Below are positions 1-10,256 of a stretch of DNA of 55,590 nt, in pieces. Where the stretch lies: assembly GCA_035551955.1 (NCBI GenBank), contig DASZMD010000229.1:1-55590 (forward strand). The letters are read 5' to 3'. The stretch is from Solirubrobacteraceae bacterium. Its GTDB lineage: Bacteria > Actinomycetota > Thermoleophilia > Solirubrobacterales > Solirubrobacteraceae. The position numbers were made by a program, and so were the translations under genes. Position 1 is the first letter of the stretch. Each line of letters starts with the position of its first letter. The notes under the pieces are model-generated. The model made no database searches and had not been told where the DNA came from. It saw nothing but the letters and a program-made list of their open reading frames with translations.

Positions 1-660
1 CTGGCCCGCGTTGTTATCGGTGGGATCACCGCGCATCATGACGAGGTTGGGATGGCTCACGTGCCACGCGCTGACGCAGCTCACGAAGCCCTGGCCGATG
101 AGCTTGCCGACCTGCACGTTGTCAAAGCTCACGTAGGGCTCAGGAGGGCCACCGACGGTCAGGCGATCGTAGTTGACGACCGCGACGCCGTGGGCCTTGG
201 CGTAGTTCTCGACCTGGACGCCGACACCGGAGTCTCCAGGGTCGATGAGGAGGACGGAGGCGCCCTTGGTGATGTCGCTCTCCGCATCGGTGAGGAACGT
301 CGAGTCGCTGCCGAGAGCGTTCTGGACGATGATGTCCGAGCTGGGGAGGCCAGCCGCAGTCATGGCCGCCTTCAGGGCAGGTGCATCGTAGGCGACGTAG
401 CGCGTCGAGGTCGTGGTGTCGGGAAGGATCGCGGCGACCGCGCCCTTCCCCTGGGTGGCCAGCGGCTTGAGTGCCGCCATGGCCGAGTAGTCGTTGGTGA
501 ACGATGAGGCCGAGACATTCGGCGTACTACTAGACGTGGAGCCCGTCGACGTCGAACTCTTCGTCGACGTGGTGGACGATGAACTGCCACACGCGGCTAT
601 GCCGAAGCTCGCAGCGACTGTGAGCGCAGCGACGGCAGCCTTGCTTTTCAGCAAACGCAC
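1..660 (-). CDS. Sugar ABC transporter substrate-binding lipoprotein (XylF/ChvE-like); 3' end runs off the window
   Basis: Not in the ORF track. Manual translation from GTG at 660 (RBS GGAGAGGGAGG upstream): MRLLKSKAAVAALTVAASFGIAAC (lipobox), Ser/Thr linker, AILPDTTTSTRY, VVNYDRL, YVSFDNVQVGKLIG, MRGDPTDNNA. These are typical periplasmic sugar-binding protein motifs. Confidence 0.9.
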   Translation of the reverse strand, partial: MRLLKSKAAVAALTVAASFGIAACGSSSSTTSTKSSTSTGSTSSSTPNVSASSFTNDYSAMAALKPLATQGKGAVAAILPDTTTSTRYVAYDAPALKAAMTAAGLPSSDIIVQNALGSDSTFLTDAESDITKGASVLLIDPGDSGVGVQVENYAKAHGVAVVNYDRLTVGGPPEPYVSFDNVQVGKLIGQGFVSCVSAWHVSHPNLVMMRGDPTDNNAGQ

Positions 661-766
661 AATAGACCTCCCTCTCCTTCTTACGCGACGGAGCCAGGGC
701 GCACGACGCGCAGGGGGCACGCAACGCACCAACTTCGGCAGTGACACATTGATGAATCGAGCGTCC

Positions 767-822
767 AGCCTAGAACCGTGCGTATGAATGAAGCGTTAAC
801 ATCTGGCTATTCGTGTAAAAAA
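767..822 (-). promoter_or_regulatory. Putative promoter of the sugar-binding protein gene, with an upstream AT-rich regulator-binding patch
   Basis: TAGGCT -10 on the minus strand (772-767). The AT-rich stretch TTTTTTACAC...GTTAACGC...CATACGC stands out against the GC-rich background. Confidence 0.4.
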
Positions 823-833
823 GCGGGAAACGA

Positions 834-1530
<697 letters not shown>

Positions 1531-1538
<8 letters not shown>

Positions 1539-4023
1539 GGCCGCCGCTCGGGACGGCGGCGGGCACGCGCGGCTCGTCGGGCTGGGTGTCGGGCGCCTCG
1601 GTCCCGGTCGCGCTCGCCTCGACCGGGAGGAGGATTCGGAAGGCCGTCCCCTCGGGGCGCGGTGCCAGCGCGATCCGGCCTCCGTGAGCTTCGACGATGC
1701 CGTGGACGATGGACAGGCCGAGACCGGCGCCGGCGCCATGGGCGCGGTGGCGCCGGGCCGAGGCGAAGGGGGCGGCCGCGAGCGCGGGCGGGAAGCCGAT
1801 TCCGTCGTCGGTGACGGTCATCTCGACCTCACCGTCGCCTCCGTTGCGGGCGGTGACGACAACCTGGGTCCCGGGTGGATTGTGTCGGAGCGCGTTGCCC
1901 AGCAGGTTCACGAACACCTGCTCGAGGCGGTCGTGGTCCCCCCATACCGCGGGCAGGGCGGGATCGCAGGCGACGGTGACGGCCGTCGATACCTCAGGTG
2001 GCAGCACGGATACCGCGGCCTCGATGACCAGGCGCAGGTCACACCAGTCGGGCTGGATGCGCATGACCCCGGACTCGATGGCGGAGAAGTCGAGCAGGTG
2101 ATCGACCAGGCGCCCGAGGCGTGAGGACTCGGCGGCGATGGTCTGGAGGAAGCGCCGCTCGGAGGCGCTGTCCCAGGAGACGTCGGTCTGCATCAGGCTC
2201 TCGGCATAGCCCCGGATGGCGGTCAGGGGGGTGCGGAGCTCGTGGCTGAGACGGGAGAGGAAGCCACGTTGCAGCTCGCGCGAGCGGCGCAGGGCGACCG
2301 CCTCCTGGTGAGCGCGGCCCGCCTCCTCGCGCTCCAGGGCCAGGTTCAGCGACTGAGCGGCGTCCTCGATGAGCGCGGTCTCCTCCTCGCGCCCGCGCGC
2401 ATCACTCCACATGGCGAGCAGGGCGGCGGGGCCGCTGGGAGCATTGAAGGGCACAGCGAGGATCCGGCGGTCGAGGGCGCTGGGCAGCGCCCGCGCGCTG
2501 CCGTCCCGCCGCCCCAGGGAGAGGGCAGGCCACGATGCCGCCCGCAGGGCCTCGGACATCGTCCCCGGATCGGTTCCAGCCGATCCGGCATAGGCGCGCC
2601 AGCGGATCGTCTCGGCGTCGAGCCGGCTCAGGAGCCCAACCTCGTCGGCCTTGAGCCCGCGTCGCAGCGACTGCAGGGCAATCGCCAGCCCCTCCTCCCC
2701 GACCGTCACCGGACCGGTCAGGGTCTGGAGCATCTCGCGGATGGTCTCGAGCACGAGGTTGCGCGAGGTGAGCTGGTCGAGCAACCGGTCGCGCTCGACC
2801 GCGCTCGCGGCGTAGCCGGCATAGAGCGTGAGGAGATCCTGTTCGTCGCGCTCGGGGGGGCCGAGATGGGGCATGAAGACGGTGATCACGGCGCTCACCC
2901 CGGCCGGCCCCATGACCGGAACCGACCACGAGCTCGACAGCGCCGCCGAGTCGTCCACCTCCCCGAACCGCGCCCAGGCACGGCTCGAGCGCAGGTCGGG
3001 CTCCACCACCCGCTCGCCGCCGGCGGCGGCCAGTCCCACCGGTCCACCCTCGGAGCCGAAGGGCACCCGCGACCACGCCGCCATCTCCTGCGGCGCGTAG
3101 CCGAGCGAGGCGGTGCACGCCAGCGTCTGCCCCGAGGCCACGTGGATGCAGACCTTCTCGGTCCCGAGCGCCGAGCCCAGGGTGGCGAGGATCAAAGACA
3201 GGCTGGAGGAGGGCTCGGCCGAGACGAGCCGATCGGCGAGGCCGTGCAGGCGCGTGAGCTGGCGCCGGGCCGAGGTGTCGACCTGCTGGCCCGAGAGAAG
3301 GGCGGCGACGTCGTCGGGATGGGTGCTGCGGGGGTCGAGCTCGGCCACTACCCGGCCATGACGCAGGACCACGATGCGGTCGGCGAGCCGGAACATCTGC
3401 TCGATGTTGCGGCTGATGAGGAGGACCGCCGCCCCCCGGTCGCGCGCGCCCCTGATCAGCTGCTCGACGTGGGCGGCCTCGGTCACCCCCAGCGGCTCGG
3501 TGGGCTCGTCGAGCAGGAGCAGGCGGGGATCGCGGCTCAGCGCCGTGGCCACCGCGAGCATCTGGCGCTGCCCGGCGGGCAGCGACCCGACGAGGCGGGT
3601 GGTGTCCGGGATCGGAACCTGGAAGCGCTCGAGGACGGAGGCGGCGGCGGCGTGGAAGCGCGAGGGCGAGAGGACGAGCCGCCGGCGCTCCTGCCCGAGC
3701 AGGAGGTGGCTGGCGACATCGAGGTTGTCGCACAGCTCGAGGTCCTGCCAGACGATCCCGATCCCGCGCGAGCCGGCGACGGGCTCTCCCGCCAGGGAGA
3801 TCTGTCCGGCGACGCGGTCGGCCTCACCGGCGAGGCAGCGCAGCAGCGTGGTCTTGCCCGACCCGGGCTCGCCGGTGACGGCCACGAGCTCCCCCGCCCC
3901 GACGTCGAGATCGATGTTCGTGAGGGCGCGAAGCCGCCCGACGTTGACGGTCAGGCCGGAAACGCGCAGCAGCGGGTGCGAGGCCGTTTTACGGCCGGCG
4001 TCGTGCAAGAGGGCGGGGTTCAC
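1531..4023 (-). CDS. Soluble sensor histidine kinase: ABC-ATPase-like domain, GAF, GAF-like, HisKA, HATPase
   Basis: N-terminal GEPGSGKTT, VWQD, LPAGQ, LLLLDEPT, ADRIVVLRHGR. GAF motifs (SSWSVPV, LLTLYAGYAASAVER). H-box SHELRTPL, N-box NLLGNA, DDGIG and GAGLGL. No transmembrane segment seen. Confidence 0.9.
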
Positions 4024-4267
4024 ATCACCAGCGTCTCCGCCGCCGGGAGCGCCTGGTCACCGGACACAGGCACGGTCTCCTCCCGGGCAACGTGTCGGAT
4101 GAGTCTAGTGCGCGGCCGAAGCCGGCCTACGGCCTTCCACCATGTTCACGAGCGGGCGACACCCGCCGCCGGGAAAACCAGAGCGCCGCGCATCCGTAGA
4201 AAGCCGCAGCCCTGGGTGCTTACCCCGAATGCTGGTGGCGGGCGGAATGCCCGATGGGGAGAGGGAG

Positions 4268-6541
4268 ATGCCCGCTGACCAGGCCCATAACCTCGCCGAC
4301 GACCCGCCGGTCGAGGCCGACACCCTCGCGCCCGAGAATGTGCTGCTGAAGAACATGCTCGAGCGGGTGCCGGCGATCATCTACGTCGCGGATACCGGCC
4401 CGGCCGGCCGCTGGCGCTACGTCAGCCCCCAGATCCGCTACATCCTCGGCTTCTCACCCGAGGCGTGGTGCGGGGATCCCGACCTGTGGGCCTCGCGCCT
4501 GCACCCCGACGATCGCGAGCGTGTGCTTGCCGCCGAGCACGCGAGCGCCGAGTCCGGGTCCCCCGGCTCGGGCCCCGCGGAGTACCGCTTGCTCGACCGC
4601 GACGGCAATGTCGTGTGGATCCGCGACGATGCGCAGCTGGTGCGCGACGCCACCGGCAGCCTGCAATGGCACGGAGTTCTCTCCGACGTCACCGAGCGCA
4701 AGCAGGCCGAGATCGAGCTCGAGCACCGGGCCGCGCAGCAGGCTGCGGTCGCGCGTCTCGGCGAGCACGCGCTCGAAGGCGCCACCACCTCGGCGCTGAT
4801 CCAGGAGGCGAGCGCGGCGGCGGCGGAGATCCTCGACGTCGAGGTCGTCGCCGTCATGGAGCTCATCGCCGAGCGGGGATGCTTCGTCCTCCGAGGCGGC
4901 CTCGGCTGGCCGCAGGGGGCGATGGGAACCCTCTCGACCCCGACCGGGGCCGGGTCCCAGGCCGGATACACGATCCTCACCGGCGCCGCCGTGGTGGTCA
5001 CCGACTGGCTGACCGAGAACCGCTTCGACCAGTCCTCCGCGCTCCGCGGCCGCCGCGCGCGCAGTGGACTGACCGTGCCCATCGAGAGCCGGAACGGTCC
5101 CTTCGGCGTCCTCGGCGTGCAGTCGACGCGGCCGCGGGACTACTCGGTCGCTGACGTCGACTTCCTCCAGTCGCTGGCCAACGTCCTCGCCGATGCCCTC
5201 GAGCGCCAGGCCACCGAGGACGATGTCCGCCACCGCGCGCTGCACGACGCGCTGACGCGGCTACCCAACCGCGTGCTCTTCCGAGACCGCCTCAAGCACG
5301 CGCTCGCGCGCATGCGGCGCCGCCGCACCCTGACCGCCCTCCTCTTCGTCGACCTCGACCGCTTCAAGCTCGTCAACGACAGCCTCGGCCATCACATGGG
5401 CGACGAGCTGCTGGCGGCGGTGGGCCCCCGGCTCCGGCAGGCGGTGCGCGCCAGCGACACGGTGGCGCGGTTCGGCGGCGACGAGTTCGGGATCCTCCTC
5501 GAGGACATCGCCGGCGAGCACGACGCCATCGCCACCGCCGAGCGGATCGCCGCCGTCTTCGCCCGCCCCTTCGTCCTCGGCGCCAACGAGCACTTCGTCA
5601 CCGTCAGCATCGGCATCGCCATCGCCCACGGCGGCGAGCTCGCGGAGAACCTGGTGCGCGACGCCGATGCCGCCATGTACCGCGCCAAGGAGCACGGCCG
5701 CGCTCGCTACGAGGTGTTCGACGACGCCATGCGCGTCCGCGCCATGGCGCGCCTGCGGGTAGAGAACGATCTGCGCCGCGCGCTCGAGCGAGACGAGCTC
5801 AGCCTCGTCTATCAGCCCGTGGTGTCGCTGGCCCAGCAGGAGATCGTCGGTGTCGAGGCCCTGCTGCGCTGGAATCACCCCACGCTCGGCATGATCTCCC
5901 CGGCCGAGTTCATCCCCGTGGCCGAGGAGAGCGGCCTGATCGTGGCGATCGGGGACTGGGTGCTCGAGCAGGCGTGCCGGCAGGCGGCCAGCTGGTATCC
6001 GATGCGACCGGACGCGGCGCCGTTCGCGCTCTCGGTGAACCTGTCCGCCGTCCAGCTCGCCAAGCGGGGGTTCGTCGACACCGTCGACACCGTGCTGCGC
6101 GAGACCGGGCTGGATCCGAACTGCCTGAGCCTGGAGATCACCGAGAGCGTCCTCCTCGCCGACTCCGAGGCGCTCGCCCAGACCCTGCGGGCACTCAAGG
6201 CGCGCGGGGTGCGCCTGGTCATCGACGACTTCGGGACCGGGTACTCGGCACTGGGGTACCTCACGCGGATGCCGCTCGACGCACTCAAGGTCGACCGCTC
6301 GTTCGTCGTCGGCCTGGGCACCCAGCCGCGCGACACCGCCATCACCGAGGCGATCATCGGAATGTCGCGCGCGCTGTCGCTCGAAGTTGTGGCCGAGGGG
6401 GTCGAGACCCCGCTGCAGATCGAGGAGCTGCGACGCCTCGGCTGTGGCCTTGCCCAGGGCTTCTACTTCTCGCGACCGGTGTCTCCAGAGGAGATCACGA
6501 GCATGCTGCAGACCGGGCCCGTGTGGGCGCGGGTCGCCTGA
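4268..6541 (+). CDS. PAS-GAF-GGDEF-EAL diguanylate cyclase/phosphodiesterase
   Basis: PAS (YVSPQ...LHPDD...EYRL), GAF, RFGGDEF with RASD I-site, VEALLRW, DDFGTGYS, EGVE. Start uncertain (4142/4268); 4268 has a purine-rich RBS. Confidence 0.95.
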   Translation: MPADQAHNLADDPPVEADTLAPENVLLKNMLERVPAIIYVADTGPAGRWRYVSPQIRYILGFSPEAWCGDPDLWASRLHPDDRERVLAAEHASAESGSPGSGPAEYRLLDRDGNVVWIRDDAQLVRDATGSLQWHGVLSDVTERKQAEIELEHRAAQQAAVARLGEHALEGATTSALIQEASAAAAEILDVEVVAVMELIAERGCFVLRGGLGWPQGAMGTLSTPTGAGSQAGYTILTGAAVVVTDWLTENRFDQSSALRGRRARSGLTVPIESRNGPFGVLGVQSTRPRDYSVADVDFLQSLANVLADALERQATEDDVRHRALHDALTRLPNRVLFRDRLKHALARMRRRRTLTALLFVDLDRFKLVNDSLGHHMGDELLAAVGPRLRQAVRASDTVARFGGDEFGILLEDIAGEHDAIATAERIAAVFARPFVLGANEHFVTVSIGIAIAHGGELAENLVRDADAAMYRAKEHGRARYEVFDDAMRVRAMARLRVENDLRRALERDELSLVYQPVVSLAQQEIVGVEALLRWNHPTLGMISPAEFIPVAEESGLIVAIGDWVLEQACRQAASWYPMRPDAAPFALSVNLSAVQLAKRGFVDTVDTVLRETGLDPNCLSLEITESVLLADSEALAQTLRALKARGVRLVIDDFGTGYSALGYLTRMPLDALKVDRSFVVGLGTQPRDTAITEAIIGMSRALSLEVVAEGVETPLQIEELRRLGCGLAQGFYFSRPVSPEEITSMLQTGPVWARVA

Positions 6542-6568
6542 TAGGCGCGCGGTATCGTGGTGGCGGCG

Positions 6569-6886
6569 ATGCTCGTCGCCGTGACCGACCATGCGGCTGA
6601 ACGCTTCCGCCAGCGTGTGCGGGGCACGCTCGACGCGAAGACCGAGGTCGCGTCGCGGGTGGCGCGCGCTCACGCCGCCGGGCGCGTCGAGCAGGACGAG
6701 CGCGGCAGCGTCCTCGTCCGCGATCTCGAGCGCCGGGACCTGATCTACGTCTGCCGTCCCGAGGGGGGCGAGCTCGTGGTCGTGACCCTGTGGGAGGACG
6801 GCGACGACGCCGCCGTGCCCAAGCGCTTCACGGACGCGCTACGTCGCGACGACCACCGGGTCGCGGATACCCTCAAGCGGCCTTGA
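6569..6886 (+). CDS. Hypothetical protein (possible DUF4258/RelE-like fold)
   Basis: Protein-like ORF with TDHAAERFRQR...LVVVTL; TATCGT -10-like element upstream. Confidence 0.7.
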   Translation: MLVAVTDHAAERFRQRVRGTLDAKTEVASRVARAHAAGRVEQDERGSVLVRDLERRDLIYVCRPEGGELVVVTLWEDGDDAAVPKRFTDALRRDDHRVADTLKRP

Positions 6887-7184
6887 GCTCGGCCTCGGCC
6901 TCCTGCGCGGCCGGGTCACCCGGCCCGCAGCCGAAGAGGTCGTGCGCGAGGCGGCCGGCCGTGACCTGCTCCCAGCGCCCGCTGGTGACGAGGGCGCGGC
7001 AAAGGCGCTCGATGTCGTCGAGCGCCTCCTGAGCGGCCACGTCCCCGGCCAGGTCGGAGCTGAAGATGAGATTGTCGGCGGCCGCGCGGATACGATCCTG
7101 CTCGCCGTCGAGCAGCTTGCTCGGACCCAGCTCGTTGAGGGTCTGCATGACTCGCCGATAGGCATGGGTACGTTCGGGACTCAT
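6873..7184 (-). CDS. Hypothetical helical protein
   Basis: RBS AAGGAG and -10 TAGTCT upstream; normal amino-acid composition. Confidence 0.75.
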   Translation of the reverse strand: MSPERTHAYRRVMQTLNELGPSKLLDGEQDRIRAAADNLIFSSDLAGDVAAQEALDDIERLCRALVTSGRWEQVTAGRLAHDLFGCGPGDPAAQEAEAELKAA

Positions 7185-7357
7185 CTGGACTCCTTGGCAC
7201 GTGAGACTACGGGACTATGATGACTATTAGGCCGGTGTTCGCCTTTAGCCCATTGGCCAGAGATCGAGCGCGGCGGTTGTCCATAACGCTCAGGCCGGGG
7301 CCGGTTAACCGGAACGACACAGCCTCGCCGGCCACGCGCGATAACAAATCTTCCGTG

Positions 7358-8458
7358 ATGGTGATCTCCGCGGCCAGACGCCAGCCGGCAACGCCGGCCC
7401 CGGTCAGGTCACCTGCCCACGAGCAGGTGACGAAGCGCTACCCGCTCCTCGGGACCCAGCCCTTCATGCCGCTGCCCGCACCCCGGGGCCCGTGGCCGTT
7501 CCGGCTCGAGCTCGCCGACGTGATCGGAGCCGAGGCGATGGCGGCGATCGAGCGCGCCGGGCACCTGCGCTTCCACAGCGTGGGCGACAGCGGCGGGGTG
7601 CCCGATCCCGCGCCCCAGCAGGCGGTCGCGACGGCGATGGCGGCCGGGCTCGGCGGCCCCGACCCGGCGCGCTTCTTCTACCACCTCGGCGACGTGGTGT
7701 ACGGATACGGCGAGGAGACCGGCTACCCGCCGCAGTTCCTCAGGCCCTACGCCGGCTACCACGCGCCCATCTTTGCCGTGCCCGGCAATCACGACGGTGA
7801 CCTCGAGTCCGGGTCGGGGGCGAGCACGCTCGAGGCCTTCGTCCGCCATTTCCTCGCCCCGGAGGCGATCTCGACGGCGCGGGGCCGGAAGATCTGCCAG
7901 CCCAACGTGTACTGGACCCTGCGCCACCGGTGGGCGACGATCGTCGGCCTGTACACGAACGTCCCCGACGGCGGCCGGATCGGCGAGGGCCAGATCGAGT
8001 GGCTGGTGGGCGAGCTGACCGCGGCTCGGCGCGACGCCGTGCTCATCCTCGCGCTCCATCACTGCCTGTACTCGACCGACGAGATCCACGGCTCCAACCT
8101 GGCTCTGGCGGACGTGCTCGACGGCGCCTTCGCGCGCGCGGGACGCGCACCGGACCTGGTGCTCTCGGGCCACGTGCACAGCTATCAGCGCTTCTCGCGC
8201 CGGTACGGCGGGCGCGTCATCCCCCACGTCGTCGCGGGCACGGGCGGAGTCAACAACCTCCAGAAGATCGCCCCCGGCGTACCCGAGCTCCCCGCCTCCT
8301 TCGATGGTCTCCCCGGCGTGACGCTCGAGGCCCATCAGGACGTCGGCTGGGGCTACCTGAGCGTGACCTGCGGGCCTGGCGGGGCCGAGGTCGTCTACAG
8401 CACCGTGGCCGAAGGGGTGGCGCGTCCCTTCGACTCCTTCGAGGTCAGCGTGGGCTGA
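7358..8458 (+). CDS. Calcineurin-like metallophosphoesterase (purple acid phosphatase-like)
   Basis: Motifs VGDSG, LGDVVY, PGNHD, LHH, SGHVH. Start uncertain. Confidence 0.9.
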   Translation: MVISAARRQPATPAPVRSPAHEQVTKRYPLLGTQPFMPLPAPRGPWPFRLELADVIGAEAMAAIERAGHLRFHSVGDSGGVPDPAPQQAVATAMAAGLGGPDPARFFYHLGDVVYGYGEETGYPPQFLRPYAGYHAPIFAVPGNHDGDLESGSGASTLEAFVRHFLAPEAISTARGRKICQPNVYWTLRHRWATIVGLYTNVPDGGRIGEGQIEWLVGELTAARRDAVLILALHHCLYSTDEIHGSNLALADVLDGAFARAGRAPDLVLSGHVHSYQRFSRRYGGRVIPHVVAGTGGVNNLQKIAPGVPELPASFDGLPGVTLEAHQDVGWGYLSVTCGPGGAEVVYSTVAEGVARPFDSFEVSVG

Positions 8459-8476
8459 CGGGGCACGCGGCCTTGG

Positions 8477-8995
8477 CTATTCGTCGGCCGGACCGTCGAT
8501 GCCCGACGCGCCCGGCTCGTGCTCGAGCTCGACCCCGTGGAGGCGCTCGAGGGTGTGGGTGAGGCGGTCGAGGGCGTCGGTCACGTCCTCGCGGTCGGCC
8601 TTGTTCTCGAGGGCGAGACGGATCCCCGCCATCTCGCGGGCCAGGAACTCGGTGTCGGCCAGCGAGCGGGCGTTCATCTCCCGGTCGCGCTCGATCTCCT
8701 CGCGCTCGCGGTCGGCCTGGCGGTTCTGGGCCAGGAGGATCATCGGCGCCGCGTACGCCGCCTGGGTCGAGAAGGCGAGGTTGAGGAGGATGAAGGGATA
8801 CGGATCCCAGCGCCCGACGGCAGCGGTGATGTTGAGGACGATCCACAGGAAGACCATGACGGTCTGCGCCGCCAGGTAACGACCGGTCCCCAGGAAGCGC
8901 GCCATCCGCTCGGCGTAGCGCGCGAAGGCGTCGGGGTCATAGGACGGGCCGCCGGGCGTGCCGCGGGGCTTTCCCAGATCGTCGTGACGGGCCAT
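8477..8995 (-). CDS. DUF1003 membrane protein
   Basis: WDPYPFILLNLAFSTQAAYAAPMILLAQNRQ signature. Confidence 0.92.
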   Translation of the reverse strand: MARHDDLGKPRGTPGGPSYDPDAFARYAERMARFLGTGRYLAAQTVMVFLWIVLNITAAVGRWDPYPFILLNLAFSTQAAYAAPMILLAQNRQADREREEIERDREMNARSLADTEFLAREMAGIRLALENKADREDVTDALDRLTHTLERLHGVELEHEPGASGIDGPADE

Positions 8996-9001
8996 CGGCG
9001 A

Positions 9002-10210
9002 TCAGCGCGAGAGGCGCGCGACGCGCCAGTTCGAGGGCAGGACGCGATCGAGCACGTCGTCGATGGTGACGGCGCCGACCAGGCGCTTGGCCGAGTCGAT
9101 CACCGGGATGGCCACGACGTCGTAGGCGGCGAGGCGCTCGGCCACCTCGCGATCGCTGGCATCGACGTCGATCGCCTCCCAGTCCTCGTCGAGGCAGCGC
9201 CCGACCGGTTTGCTCGGCGCCTCGCGGAGCAGGCGCTGGACTCCCACCACGCCCAGGTACCTCCCCGTCGGCGTCTCGAGCGGCGGCTGGCATACGAACA
9301 CCTGGGAGGCGACCGGGACGGGCAGGTCGGGGTCGCGAATCCGCGCCAGCGCCTCGGCCACGGTGGCGGCCGAGCCGAGGATGATCGGCTCGGGGGTCAT
9401 CAGTCCGCCCGCGGTGTCGGGCGCGTAGGTGAGCAGGCGGCGCACGGGCTCGGCCTCCTCGGGGTCCATGGCGCCCAGGAGCTCGGCCTGGCGGCTGGCC
9501 GAGAACTCGGCGAGGAGGTCGGCGGCGTCGTCGGCCTCCATCTCGTCGAGTACGCGGCCCAGGCGCTCGCGGTCGAGGCCCTCGATCAGGCGCACCTGCT
9601 CGTCCTCGGAGAGCTCCTCGAGGAGATCGGCCAGGCGCTCGTCCTCGAGCGCCGAGGCGAGCACGCGCCGGCGGCTCAGGGGCAGACTGCGGATGGCGGC
9701 CGCCATCTCGGCGGGATGGAGGCCGCCCAGGGCCGCCGCCTCGCGATGGATCGGGCGCTCGTCGGCGAACAGCTCCCCGGCCTCGCTCCAGTCGATGACC
9801 TTGGGCGCCCGGCGGCGCCCGGGGAGGCTGCGGTGGCCGAGCGCGACGGTTGCCACCTCCCAGGCGAAGAGCTCGGGCGCCGGGGTGAGCCCGATGTCGA
9901 CGACGCGACCCTCCCGGATCCGGCTTCCGATCAGCTCACCGGAGGCGAGGCGCTCGCCGGGGCGGAGCTCGAACTGGCGCAGGTTGATCGAGCCGCGACG
10001 CAGCCTGACCCCTTCGGCGTCGATCTCGCCCACGCGGCCGGCGCCGACGAAGACATGGCGGCGCTGCACGGCGACGACGAAGCCGTTGACGCGGGGCGGC
10101 CGGCCCCCCGACCCCAGCACCACGTCGACCACGCGACCCACGTCGGCGCCGTCTGCCCCCACCAGCGACCTCCGCACGAGCCGCGAAACGTAAACGATAC
10201 GGTCGGGCAT
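9002..10210 (-). CDS. PRC-barrel / MgtE N-terminal / CBS-pair protein (no MgtE membrane domain)
   Basis: VGRVVDVV PRC-like start, MEADDAADLL, TAGGLMTPE, GAVTIDDVLD. TACGCT lies 6 nt upstream of the ATG (likely leaderless). Confidence 0.9.
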   Translation of the reverse strand: MPDRIVYVSRLVRRSLVGADGADVGRVVDVVLGSGGRPPRVNGFVVAVQRRHVFVGAGRVGEIDAEGVRLRRGSINLRQFELRPGERLASGELIGSRIREGRVVDIGLTPAPELFAWEVATVALGHRSLPGRRRAPKVIDWSEAGELFADERPIHREAAALGGLHPAEMAAAIRSLPLSRRRVLASALEDERLADLLEELSEDEQVRLIEGLDRERLGRVLDEMEADDAADLLAEFSASRQAELLGAMDPEEAEPVRRLLTYAPDTAGGLMTPEPIILGSAATVAEALARIRDPDLPVPVASQVFVCQPPLETPTGRYLGVVGVQRLLREAPSKPVGRCLDEDWEAIDVDASDREVAERLAAYDVVAIPVIDSAKRLVGAVTIDDVLDRVLPSNWRVARLSR

Positions 10211-10256
10211 TCTCTAAGCGTAGAACCTCAGGCTCCACGCGGATAGGGGGCCTGGT

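Noticed and set aside
7290-7315. Palindrome CCGGTTAACCGG upstream of the metallophosphoesterase
   Set aside because: Single copy with no associated regulator; it could arise by chance.
8477-10210. MgtE lacking its membrane domain as a pseudogene or novelty
   Set aside because: The soluble MgtE-N/CBS plus DUF1003 pair is a common actinobacterial arrangement.
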